Assembly (NCBI GenBank): GCA_964016885.1
Contig: OZ024740.1
Coordinates: forward strand, 407,464,001-407,528,000
DNA from: Eledone cirrhosa
Lineage: Eukaryota
Direction: 5' to 3'
Length of the DNA: 64,000 nucleotides
Below are positions 37,460 to 49,523 of the stretch, piece after piece. The position numbers were made by a program, and so were the translations under genes. Within the stretch, counting starts at the first letter, position 1. Each line of letters begins with the position of its first letter. The notes under the pieces were generated by a model. That model saw nothing but the letters and a program-made list of their open reading frames with translations. It was not told the DNA's origin and did not search any database.

Positions 37460-37490
37460 AATAAAAGGTTGCAATAAAGTATACAATAAA
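37460..37490 (+). promoter_or_regulatory. Cluster of three AATAAA polyadenylation signals, likely FPGS 3' end
   Basis: AATAAA at 37460, 37473 and 37485, ~390 nt after the stop, followed by T-rich sequence. Confidence 0.6.
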
Positions 37491-37714
37491 GTTATATCCT
37501 GTATTATTTTTTCAATTTACTGTGAAATCCATATACTGACATATTTACATTTCCATTTACTACAAATGTGTCAATTTATTTACATATTTATGCAGTCTTG
37601 GTTACCATTATACAGTATATATACAGATATAGACAAATTCAGATAAAGACAAATTCACCTCATGCTGCCGGACGAAAATGCAAGGGCTCCTCCTCTTTAT
37701 TTCGGCCGCGGATG

Positions 37715-40700
37715 GCCAACGTAGCGAGGTTGTAGAAATGCTTGAACGTAAGGAGGTTGATGTTTGCTGTATCCAAAAGACCAGGTGGAGGGGTGGGTCT
37801 GCTAGATTCATTGTGGGTAAAAAACGATGCTTATAAGCTTTTCTGGGTGGGAAATGAAAATGGGCTGGGTGGGGTAGGAATCATGTTAGCAGAAAAATGG
37901 GTAGATAAGATAATAGACGTAAAATAAGACTTGTTCTAAATAGAACTACTGTGACAGTAGTATCTGCGTATGCACCCCAATCCGGACTGCCTGGCGTTAT
38001 AAAAGACAGATTCTATGAGACATTGATGCTCACTGCCTCCCAAATAACCGACAGTGACTACATAATTATTGCTGGTGACCTAAATGGTCACGTTGGACAA
38101 CATTGTGACGGCTATGACGGAATCCATGGAGGCTATGGGTTTGGTACTAGAAATGAGGAAGGCTCCAAAATCCTGGAATTCTGTGATGCAAATAACCTAA
38201 CTATCTGTAACACTAACTTCAAAAAACGAGACAATCACTTGATAACCTATAGATCAGGGGAACATACCAGCCAGGTAGATTATATCCTTACAAGAAGACG
38301 TGACAGAGTGTCTGTTGTAAACACTAAATCCCTCCCCCATGAAGAATGCACCTCCCAACATAGACTCATAGTCAGCGACCTCATAGTCAGGACAAGGCGT
38401 ACTTGACAACAGAGGAGGACTATCCCCAGGAGAAAAATATGGAAGCTAAAGGACCCCACAGCCAGTAATAAATTTAAAAGCATATTACTTGATGCTTTCG
38501 ACAGTAAGGAAGAGCAATTAGAGCCGTACAATATAGAGGAACAGTGGGAATTCCTGAAAGCAAACCTGCTGAAGGCGGCAGATGAAGTCTGTGGCTGGAG
38601 CAGGCCTATAGGCAGGAGGAGAGTAACGTGGTGGTGGAACAGTAAGGTGGAGAGTCAATCAAGGCCAAAAAGCAGGCTTGGAAAGTATAGCAGGATGGGG
38701 GAAGTAGAGAAGACTATCAAGTGACCAGGAGGGAAGCTAGGAGACAAGTGTACTTCGCAAGAAAGGAAGCAGAGGAAAGAAAGTTCAAGCATGTTCTACA
38801 ACGCGAGGACCAAAAACGTGAGGTGTTCAGGATTGCTAGGCAATGTGTCAAGGAAAACCGTGATATTGTCGGGGAGAAGTGTGTCCTTAATGATGATGGT
38901 GTACTTGCCATCACTGATACTGATAAGAAGGTAGCTTGGAAGTGTCACTACGAAAGGCTACTAAATGAGGAGAATAAATGGGAGAAAGACAGTCTCCCCC
39001 ACATCGATCCAATAGAGGGACCAGCAGTGCAAGTTGAAGGTAGTATAATAAGTAAGGCAATCAAAGATATGAAGACGGGTAAGGCGACTGGGCCTTTGGA
39101 AATAGTTGCTGAGATGCTGAAAGCATCTGGAACGGTGGGACACACTATGGTCACCGGGATAGTAAACCAAGTCATACAGAATGGGGTTGTTCTGAAGGAC
39201 TGGCATAGCAGCATCATCATTAACTGCTACAAGGGTAAAGGAGATGCCCTAGACAGGGGTAACTATAGAGGCATTAAATTAATCGACCAGGTCATGAAGG
39301 TCACAGAGAAAGTAATAGCGCAACTAATCAGAGAGCGAATTGATCTAGATGAAATGCAGTTCGGGTTTGTGTCAGGTAAAAGTACCACAGACACTCTTTT
39401 CATTGTACGACAACTACAGGAGAAGTACCTAGCTAAAAGTAAATCCCTATACTTAGCTTTTGTTGACTTGGAGAAAGCCTTTGACAGAGTCCCCCGCTCC
39501 ATTATCTGGTGGGCTCTTAGAAAACTAGGTGTTGATGAATGGCTTGTGAGAACTATACAAGCCATGTATAAAGAAACAGTCAGCAAGGTTAGAATTAACA
39601 ACGAATATAGTGAAGAGTTTAGCGTAAAAGTTGGTGTTCATCAGGGCTCCGTTCTTAGCCCCCTACTATTTATTATTGCCCTTCAGGCTATAACAGAGGA
39701 GTTCAAGACCGGCTGCCCATGGGAACTCCTATACGCAGATGATCTAACGCTCATAACTGAATCAATGGCTGAACTAGAGAAGAAACTCCAAACATGGAAG
39801 CATGGCCTAGAATCAAAAGGCCTTAAAATTAACCTGTCTAAGACTAAAGTTCTAGTTTGTAGGAAGGAAAATAGGGCACCGGTCCCATCTGGGAAATGGC
39901 CATGCTCAGTGTGTAGAAAAGGAGTAGACAGAAACTCCATTTTATGTGCCAAATGCAAAGTATGGGTGCATAAAAGATGTAGTGGGATCACAGTTAAGCT
40001 AACTAAGAATATAGATTTTATATGTGGCCGGAGCTCAGGTGCAATAAGTAGCAGCAAGTGCCCACAGAATACTAGCTCATTCCATTGCACAGATGGTTCT
40101 ATAGAAATAGTGGACACCTTCCGTTACCTGGGTGACAAAACCAGCAGTGGTGGAGGGTGCTCTGAAAGTACAGTAGCTAGAGTCAGAACGGGATGGAAGA
40201 AGTTCAGAGAGCTTATACCACTATTGGCCGCTAAAGGGTTCTCTCTAAAAATGAAAGGCAGGCTGTATGATGCCTGCATACAAACAGCAATGTTACATGG
40301 CAGTGAGACTTGGGCATTGTGTGCAGAGGATATATGCAGACTGGAGAGGAACGAAGCTTGCATGTTCCGCTTGATGTGTAATAGTAATATACGTGAACAG
40401 CAAAGCATAAATGAACTAAGGGAGAAATTAGGAATAAGAGGGATCAGATGTTGTTTACTCGAGAGAAGACAACATTGGTATGGTCACGTGATGCGCATGG
40501 AAGACGACAGCTGTATAAAAAAGTGCAGGGCGATAAAAATAGACGGTAGCCACGGAGTAGGCAGACACAGAAAAACCTGGGACGCTTGATAAATTCCGAC
40601 CTCACACACTTACACCTCTCCAAGACGATGTCACTGGACCGAGATCTTTGGCGCTACACAGTAATACAGAAGACCTGCCTTGCCTAAGTACAAAGCGAAA

Positions 40701-41076
40701 CCTACAGTCAGTAGGCACCTCTTAACAAAAATACACCCCCGTCCCACTACCTCCACCTCATCCACACGACCCCTTTCGATGTAAAGTTATGTTGGTACCA
40801 CAACATCCAGTCTGAAATAAATGAGGTCGTGTAGGTGTCACAACAATAAAACACACAGTCCACGCTGTAATGTGGCCGTGTAGGTAACACGGTAAAAACC
40901 TCCCAGTCCACACTGTAAATGTGGTTGGTGTTAGGAAGGGCATCCAGCCATAGAAAACCCGCCAGACAGTCCTATACGAGCAAGACAACCAATCTTGCCT
41001 CAAGTGGGAAAATTCTCGTCCAAACCCATGCAAGCGTGGAAGATGGACGTTAAACGATGATGATGATGATGATGAT
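37715..41076 (+). mobile_element. Near full-length, disrupted RTE-clade LINE (EN + RT + PHD-like finger, 3' UTR, (GAT)n tail)
   Basis: EN motifs VSAYAPQ, GDLNGHVG, SQVDYIL, SQH. RT ORF 38721-40589 with AFVDLEKAFDRV, GVHQGSVLSP, YADD, FRYLG. Stops and frameshifts at ~37925, 38404, 38660 and 40585. Tail at 41056-41076. Confidence 0.95.
38721..40589 (+). pseudogene. RTE reverse transcriptase reading frame (fragment of the disrupted single ORF)
   Basis: 622-aa ORF with all RT core motifs. The true C-terminus continues after a frameshift to TAA at ~40687. Confidence 0.85.
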
Positions 41077-41829
41077 ATAACTTTATTTTATACTTTAGCA
41101 CACAACTTAATATGCATCTTAATTAACTTCCCACAAATAATATGTAAATTAGTTTATCCATTTCAGGATACTACAATAAGTGATAGGATATATAAGTCCT
41201 TCCGCTATGTATTTTTTTGTGGTTGTTTACATAATTTCCATCCATTCTTTTCTTACCTTTAATTGATTAAAGGTATTTATCATTTCTTTTTCAATTTACA
41301 GGGAAATAGGTACATTGCCATGTTTACAAATGTATATACTAAAAGTGTGTAAATTTGTATACACATTTATGCAGCATCAGTTACCTCTTTACTGTGTATA
41401 TATGTGTATGCTGAAGGCAGCCCATTTTGGGGAACAGTGACTGAATAAAATACAACTGCATGGGTAGATGTGGGCTCATAAGCTGTAGTGTAGGCAGCTC
41501 TTCTAGGAGAGCAGTTTCTCTGAATAAAAACTAATACAGAATAGAGAGGACCTTTCAGTCCAATCAGGCAACCCCTCTAATGCTGGTGGCATGAATAATG
41601 CATGTTGTAAAGTGGTTGATGATAGGAAGGGCATCCAGCCAGTGAAACTTTGAAAGGTATAACACATAAGTCTCTCCCTAATTGCATCTACTAACATAGG
41701 TCATGTTGGTGCTACACATGGCAGTGGGAGGCAGGGGTCTAATATAGCCAAACTGAATAAACTGAATAGGTTGTTTGGATCGTCATATGCCAAAATCAAT
41801 GGGAGAGTCCATCATATATAAATATCCTC

Positions 41830-43190
41830 ACCATCATTTTACAACCATTGTTTCATGCTAGAATCGTTGGATGGGGCTTATCTAGTACACTTTTCCTCCA
41901 GTTGTTGTGTTCCTTTGTCATACCTTTTCACTTCCTGTCACTTCTTCATTACATGTTTATACCAGCACATTCTTCTGTTTTGAAGATTACATCTGATTAC
42001 ATATGACCAGTTTTTCCTTCGACTCATCATTGCTTCATCATTCAGGCACACTAACATTACACAACATTATACTAGCCTTATTTTTTCCTAATCCTTACAC
42101 ATCCTCTACATTCACCACTCAAGTCTCACTACCCTGCAAAATCACATTTTGTATTCTACTGTTTGTTCAGAAAGAGAATCCCTTTGTTGCCAGTTGAATT
42201 AGTAGCTCCTTGAACTTTTTTCATCCCATGCTTATTTCAGCTACCCTGCTTTTAGAGCACCTTCCTTCACTACTAATTTAGACACCTAGATAACAGATAC
42301 TATCCACTACTTAAGTGGAACTTTCCTTGGATTAAAGAGAGATTAATTTATTGGTCTTCTTATGACTAACTTCCTACGTGCATCTGCCACATACAAAATC
42401 TGTTTTCTCTGTGAGCCTGCCTGTGATGCCATTACACCTCTTGCACTAAATGGAGTTTCTAACTACTCCTGTTCTGCAAGTTGGGCATGACCATTTACCT
42501 GATGGTAACATAATCCTGTCTTCTTTACTACTTACAAAACATTGGTTGTTGCTAAGTTTACTCTAAGGCCTTTCAATTCTAGGTGTTGTGTTCACATATG
42601 GCTTGAGTGTTTGCCTGATTGGTAGGCATTCAAATGGCTCATCAGTTTCTTGAAGTTGGTGTTGCCAATGGTTCGGTCATTTGCAACACAGAACTCAAGG
42701 AGCCTTGACCTATCTTCATTGTTTGATAGTCATATTCATAGTCACTGTGTATTCCAGAGAAACCATCTTAGTGCTGTCTGTCATGTTCTTTAATGTCACC
42801 AGCCAAGATGAAGTCATTGTAATTTGTTATCAAGGCAGTCTGTGAGAGGTCCACATAGAAACTGTCTTTTTGTTCCTTAGTTAGCCCTGGTTCTGGTGCA
42901 AAATAGAGATAACTGATGTCATTCTATTGCCTGTGACTATTCTGAGTTTGATACTCCCATACTCTCAATACCCAATCACTTTATTCACTTATAAGCTCAT
43001 AGAATTATTACTTTACTTACCTCATCATTATTTCCTAGCCAAAAGAGCTTATGCTTAATAGGATCTTGGCTAAAGTTATCCTCTATCTCACCTTTTGTAT
43101 CCAATAAATATTCCTGCTCTGGCATCTCCACAATTTCCCTCAAAGTACCTTTTATTGTGCCAATATTAACAATGGCAGCCTTGACATAAG
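41830..43190 (-). mobile_element. Decayed, internally deleted RTE LINE
   Basis: Minus-strand remnants NIGTIKG..EIVEM, KLFWLGN (EN), GKWSC, YLGV..S and GSET. Confidence 0.7.
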
Positions 43191-43494
43191 TGGGTATCAA
43201 GTGCTGATTGAGTCATCCATTGGGATTCTTCCATCAGAGCAATGATGTTTCAGCAAAATGAATTGATGCTGTTAAACTTTTTCTAAGAAGTACTGTGGTG
43301 TTATCAAACTCCATCATATATACATTTTCTTTTAGGTGTTTGTATAAGGTTTGATGATGGACAGGAAAAGTGGAAGATAAGGACTGAAAGTGGGATGTTG
43401 TTAGTATGCTAGTCGTAGGATTGAAATTATGTATCGTTGGATTGTAATTTGATATGGTCAGTGGATTTGTGAGCTGTGATTATGTGGAGATACT

Positions 43495-43815
43495 AAAGAC
43501 ATTCCAACAGTCATGCACGCAAAGTTTCCAGCAACTGTGATGGTTTTGGGAGTTGTAAGCAATGAGGAAGATGTCATACCTCCTCACATCTTTCTTCAGA
43601 GTTGAAGGGTCAATGTTGCTGACTATAAGGAGGGGTTGGAAAAGGGTTGTGAAGCCTTGGATAGAGAGCATGAGCAAAGGAAGTCCATACACCTACCAAC
43701 AAGACTCTGCATCGTCTCATACAGCCAAAACAACTCAAGAATGAATGAGTTACTATCTCCAGGAACACCTCATCCCCAAAATATCGCCAGACTTGAATCC
43801 ATTGGACTACTATGT
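43495..43815 (+). mobile_element. Tc1/mariner-superfamily (probably maT/DD37D-like) transposase relic
   Basis: KFPATVMVLGVVSNEEDVIPPH, YTYQQDSASSHTAKTTQE and SPDLNPLDYY across frameshifts. Confidence 0.8.
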
Positions 43816-45319
43816 ATCATCAATGCTCCCATTATACTATAAAATCTCTGAAGCCCATCATAATTAGCACAATGTCCAAAATAGATAGAGATCATCTGAT
43901 TCAGGTATCTCAACATTTCAGACTTTGTAATGAAGCACTCATCATTGCTAACTGGGGTTTCATTGAGTAGATGTGTCAAGAAGAGTTTCAAGATTATTCT
44001 TGCCAAATTTTTCTCAAATAAAACTATTTTTTCATGATTTATGCACCTTTTACTAAATTAAAAGAACTGTTCAACCTATAATTTAGTAAAGGTTATTTAA
44101 TATTTAATTTTAAGCTAACATAATTTCAAAATTTAGTTTCTAATTTATGTAATTGTGTGGGTAGTGTAAACAAATCTTAACAAACTTTATTTGGCCTATT
44201 AAGTTAATTGCTCGGTCGCTGTTGAGAACTCTGTGGTCCCTGGTTCTCAAACTGTTGATTTCCTCTGCAAAATTAGCAGTACATCCTGCCTAAGGAAGGA
44301 GTTCTATGAGGCAGTGGGGCTGATGCAGAGAATGTTACTGGTTGTTCTCCACAACAATACTTTTGCCATTTTGTCAGCAGGGCATAGCTGAGATATATCA
44401 CCTAGACAGGTGTGTGTATGTGTGTGTGTGTGTGTGTGTAGAATCTGCTTCTCCCTCCCCCTTTACTTTTTATGCCTTGAGGTGGAAATGGCACTAAGAG
44501 AAGGGGGATCAGGTGGGAATAAGAGGCTAAAAGTTTGTACCAGAGTTGTAGTCTGGTGATCTTGTGATTATTACCTCTATTGTTATAAGGTGTGGATAGC
44601 TAAAATAGTAGTTTTGATTTCTGAACTGAGCTATACTTTTATTGTGTATAAGTGTAAATTTAATTTATTAAAGGTTGTTTGATTTTTAATCTTAATTTTT
44701 TTTTTTTTTTTATTAATTATTGATTGTGTGAGAAATATTCAAAATCTTAACGTGAATTTTTGTAAAATAATTCATACAGTATTTATTTGTTGAAATTGAG
44801 CTGATACTATACATTGACCGAATGTTTTTTGTGGCCGGGATATTAAAATGAGTTTGGGTTTATGTATTTTATTATTTCTTTTATTTTTGTGAGTTCACTT
44901 CGGATAATTTGTTTATTTAGGAATTTGAGGTCAACTTTTCATTTCATCCATTTATGGTCGATAAAAAATATCAATCTAGTACTGGGGTTGATTCTTCCTC
45001 TATATCTCTTTTACACTTCCTTTCTTTCATACTCTATCTTTCTCTGGAAGAAATCTACTGCATTCAGACCTGGAAAGGAGATGGGGTCATCCAGGTTTAA
45101 AAATGCTCTAGAAATGTTGTATGTCAATATGGTGACCCTACAATTCCACCAGGAGTTACGGGTCCATACATATACAAAGTATTAAATTAAAAAAAAAAAT
45201 TTAGGTGACCCTGAAAACTGAAACATTGAACTAGGTAACTAGTAGTGAAGGTACATTTTGGTGTAGCATTATGAGTTATTAATTATTAGAAATTGTTAAA
45301 TTATTATATTTCTTTTACT

Positions 45320-45780
45320 ATTTATGAATTTAGGGAGTTGTTATGTGAGAGGTTACTGATGTTTGGATGTGTTTTTCTGTTATGTGCTGCTGTAAGGTGA
45401 TTGTTATTAAGGGTATGATGCAGTTTTGAAATGCTTAAATCTCTTAAAAATTTTGAGATTGCATGGCTATAGTCTCCCTGGTTGTCTATTTTTGCATGTA
45501 GTAATTTGAAAGCCTCTGTAAGGCACAATCGCCGTATATTTTGGTCTCCACTGTACAGTTTTGTTGATAATATACATACTATTTTAGATTGTAAGAGATG
45601 TTTTTGTGCTTCAGTTTCCATGTGGTCTTCATTTTTTACTCATATTTGATAGAGGATTTATGCTGGTTGAAATGGGTTTTGAATTCATTTGTGAGGTTGA
45701 TGTGTGTCTTTTAGATGTCTGTTGTTGTGACTTGGCATTTATATACTACCTCCTTTGTTAGGCAGTATGGGAGGGCCAAG
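45320..45780 (-). mobile_element. Penelope-like element GIY-YIG endonuclease relic
   Basis: Minus strand reads CLTKEVVYKCQVTT...NLTNEFKTHFNQHKSS...RLCLTEA, the layout of the PLE GIY-YIG C-terminal domain, with in-frame stops. Confidence 0.65.
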
Positions 45781-45914
45781 TTTGTACAGTTGGGTTTTGA
45801 TCTGCTTTATGTATCTTGGTGCAGTTGGAAGAAGATATAGATGCCTCTAGATTAGATGTAGTTAAATAGGATATTTTCACCATACTTGTATTAAATGTTT
45901 CGTTTATTCTAAGC

Positions 45915-46530
45915 AGAACCCCTTTGTTGTTAGCAGAAGTAGAAGTTCATAAAACTTCTTGCAGCCTATTCTTACTCTGAGCATCCTTCCTCACTTAGAT
46001 AACAAAAGTTGTCAACTTCGAGGGACCGGGCAATTAACCCTTTAGCATTTACACTACTATATATATACTATTGTATTTTTGTGGTATCTTACATCATTAT
46101 CTCACATGATATTGAATCTATGAAATTTTGATGTTATTTATTTTGAGAACAATACCCTAACGTCAGTATGAGCAGCTGGTTATAAACGGTTTGAATAGAA
46201 AAAGGTGAGAGAATTCTGGTCGGATACGGCTGTCTTAAATGCTAGAGGATTAAGAGAATATACCTCAGGTGTGTTCTTAATGTTTATTTCTCATATGCAT
46301 CTGCTGCATACAAAGTCTATTCACTCTGTTAATCAGCCTGCAATTCCACAACATCTCTTGTGCATCCATAGATTACACTGTAATCACTTACAGAATGTTC
46401 CCACTTTACGGCAGATTGAACATGACCATTTTCCTGATGGTATCCGAGTCATGTTTTCTTTCCTACTTATCAAGAATATTCTTTGCTAACTTTACTTTTA
46501 GGCTTTTCAATTCTAAGTTTTGCCACCACC
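45915..46530 (-). mobile_element. Decayed RTE fragment interrupted by a MITE
   Basis: SGKWSCSICRK...WMHKRCCG and RVRIG remnants on both sides of the MITE. Confidence 0.65.
46034..46253. mobile_element. piggyBac-like MITE, copy 1 (coordinates include TTAA TSDs)
   Basis: TTAA-CCCTTTAGCATTTA ... TAAATGCTAGAGGA-TTAA. Internal sequence shared with 49296-49523. Confidence 0.8.
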
Positions 46531-46596
46531 ACCGCCGCCATGCCAGAAAGGTTACAAGGTTGGATGTTTTAGGTAAGAATTGATTTGAAATTACTA

Positions 46597-46930
46597 TCAT
46601 CATCATTTAACGTCTATCTTTGACGCTAGCATGGGTTAGATGGGAGTTGTCCCACTTGAGGCAAGATTAGTCGGGTGACTATGTCTCGCTTGTATAGGAC
46701 TATCTGGCAGGTTTTCTACTGCCCTTCCTAACACCAACCATATTTACAGCATGGACTGGGAACCTTTTTACCGTGTTACTTACACGGTCACATTACAGTG
46801 TGGACTGTGTGTTTTTTTGTTGTGACAACTACACGATCTCGATCTCATTATTTCATTTATTTGGACTGGATGTTGTGGTACCAACATAACTTTATAGAGA
46901 AAGGGTGGTGTTGGTGGGAGTGGGAGGATG
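46597..46930 (-). mobile_element. Inverted copy of the RTE 3' UTR/tail seen at ~40740-41070
   Basis: Reverse complement of AAAGTTATGTTGGTACCACAACATCCAGTC...TCTTGCCTCAAGTGGGA...GACGTTAAA(TGA)n. Confidence 0.85.
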
Positions 46931-46974
46931 GAGTGGAGTAGTGGGCTGGGGTGTGTGTGTGTGTGCATGTATAC

Positions 46975-47468
46975 ATCATCATCATCATCATTTTACGTCC
47001 GCTTTTCCCTGCTTGCAAGGGTGGGACGGGTCTTATTCAGCACAGCATCTCTCCACTCGTCACGGTCCCTCGTCATCTCCACCGTGAGCTTCAATGATCT
47101 GAGGTCTGTTCTCACCACCTCCGCCCATGTTTTTCGTGGTCTACCTCTACCACGTCTTCCCTCAACTGGCATTTCCTGGCACTTCTTCACCCATCGGTCA
47201 TCCTCCATGCGCATCACATGTCCATACCACCTCAGTCTCCTCTCCCGTACACTACATTCTATCCCTCTCAGACACAGTTTCTCTCTCAACACATTTATGC
47301 TGGGTCGTTCACGCACATTTACACTGCACATCCAATGGAGCATGCTTGCCTCATTTCTCTCCAGCCGTCGCATATCCTCTGCGGTTGCTGCCCATGTCTC
47401 ACTACCATGCAGCATCGCGCTCCTCATACAGGCATCATACAACCGGCCTTTCGTACGCAGGGAGAAAT
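46975..47468 (-). mobile_element. Young 5'-truncated RTE 3' fragment with (GAT)n tail
   Basis: Open frame KGRLYDACMRSAMLHGSETW...RLRWYGHVMRMEDDRW...RGRPRKTW, CpG-rich, (CAT)n on the + strand at 46975-46991. Confidence 0.92.
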
Positions 47469-47765
47469 ACATGTGTGTGTATATATATATATATATGTAT
47501 ATATGTCTATACTTGTATATACACAAAGAAATGGTAATTTGTACATTTGCTTAAAATGCAATGAATAATAACTTTAATCATGTTTATAATTGGAATCGTG
47601 GGTTATATAATTTAAAACTGAATTATATAATATTCTCCAATCACTATATATAAGAATAACATTTTGTTTCAACATGCTGACATGTATGTGTACATGTGTG
47701 TATGTGTATATATAGATTGTACACACAAGTGTAGTGAATGTTAGATGTTGTTTTCTGTAGTTTGC

Positions 47766-48007
47766 CATCACCTCTTCCTTCCTCAGTCGTCTCTAGTGCG
47801 TGATGTCATCACCCCTTCCTTCCTCACTCGTCTCTAGAGCATGACATCATCACCCCTTCCTTCCTCACTCGTCTCTAGTGCGTGACGTCATTACCCCTTC
47901 CTTCCTTAGTTGTCTCTAGTGCGTGACGTCATCACCCACTCTATCCTCACTCGTCTCTAGTGCATGACATCACCCCCTCCTCCCTCAGTCATCTCTGGTG
48001 TGTGACA
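47766..48007. repeat. 41-bp minisatellite, ~6 units (CATCACCCCTTCCTTCCTCACTCGTCTCTAGTGCGTGACGT)
   Basis: Unit starts at 47766, 47807, 47848, 47889, 47930 and 47968. Confidence 0.92.
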
Positions 48008-48324
48008 ATAGGACAAATGGAAGTCGCTCAAGTTCATATATAGATACATTTGAAATGAGTTACATATTTTAGGTTTTATATTCAATTTTTATAGATATTT
48101 TCAATTAAAAAAGATCTTTGTCTTTTATTTAATTTGAGATTCCTTTTATGAGATATGGAAATTTATTTTTCCACTGCAAATCTGTAACCAAAATATACAG
48201 AATTATTTCCAATCCCCATGAAATATTTTCTGTATTAGCAAAGTAATTTTACAATTACATTAGTCCTAATTACTTTTCTATTTTCATGGACAATGATTAA
48301 ATAACAAAATAAATATATACATAA

Positions 48325-48832
48325 TTCTTTCTACTTTTGGCACAAGGCCAGCAATTACCCCAGTGCATTACTGGTGTTTTATTTTATCAACCCCATAAGG
48401 ATGAAAGGCAAAGTTAATCTCGGCACGATTTTAACTCAGAACGTAAAGAGCCATAACTCTATGCTGCAAAGCATGACACCCAAAACATATACCTGGACAA
48501 CAAGCAAACTATTTGCAGCGGGGTAAAAAAAAAAATTACCGGAGTTCTCAACAGTCAGCCGTAACTCTCAACGTAAGTCTTTGCTGCAAAGCATGGTGTC
48601 TGACACTCTACCACTACTGTCAATCCACTGCCTTAGATAAATATATACATAATTGTTTCTACTTTTGGCACAAGGCCAGCAATTACCCAGTGCATTACTG
48701 GTACTTTATTTTATCGACCCCGTAAGGATGAAAGGCAAAGTTAACCTCGGCGGGATTTGAACGTAAAGGGATGTAACTCTTTGCGTCAAAGCATGGCGTC
48801 CGACCCTCTACTGATACTGCCAATCCACCGCA
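48325..48832 (-). mobile_element. Cluster of Nin-domain-like tRNA SINEs (two near-complete, one partial)
   Basis: Reverse complements of the 34255-34435 SINE at ~48325-48480 and ~48650-48830, plus a head fragment at ~48570-48632. Confidence 0.85.
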
Positions 48833-49295
48833 CTTAATATATACATAATGTTTATTTATTAATTATTTTAGCACATAAATTAAACCAACAAATTGCCTTT
48901 ACTATTTGTTATGCCAATATTTCTGATTATATCTTTCTATACTATTTCAATTAAGTATCAATTTTTTTACAATTTATTGATAGGATGATGAAAGGCACAC
49001 GATAGTTGGGTGTTTGATATTATATAACTGAAATATTAATCTCTTTGAATTAGATACCAGACCATATTTTGTGAGAGGATGTTATGTAATTATATTGTTG
49101 ATATTCATTTTATGAATTCTGCCTGATAACTAGGTATAAATAGATATTGTACTATACATTATAAACAGTGATTATCTGTTGGATATAATTGTAATATTAC
49201 TTTCAGTTATTGACATTTTATAGAGTGTAGTGAATCTTAAGCTCCTAACATTAAAGTAATATGTAATCTTTTTCATTTTGTGGAGATACTGAACA

Positions 49296-49523
49296 TTAAC
49301 CCTTTAGTATTTCCATTAATCTTTATTTACTATTGTAGTTTCATGGTAAAGGCTTTACCTCACATAATATCTCACATAATATTGAATCTATGAGATTTTG
49401 ATGTTATTTATTTTGAGAAGAATACTTTAACATCAGTATGAGTGGTTGATTATGGCCGGTTTGAACAGAAAGAGGTGAGAGAATTCTGGCCAGATATGGC
49501 CGGTTTAAATGCTAAAGGATTAA
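49296..49523. mobile_element. piggyBac-like MITE, copy 2 (coordinates include TTAA TSDs)
   Basis: TTAA-CCCTTTAGTATTT ... TAAATGCTAAAGGA-TTAA, homologous to 46034-46253. Confidence 0.8.

Noticed and set aside
37660-37715. GC-rich segment at the RTE 5' junction as a 5' inversion or promoter
   Set aside because: Cannot be assigned without a family consensus, and no TSD was found.
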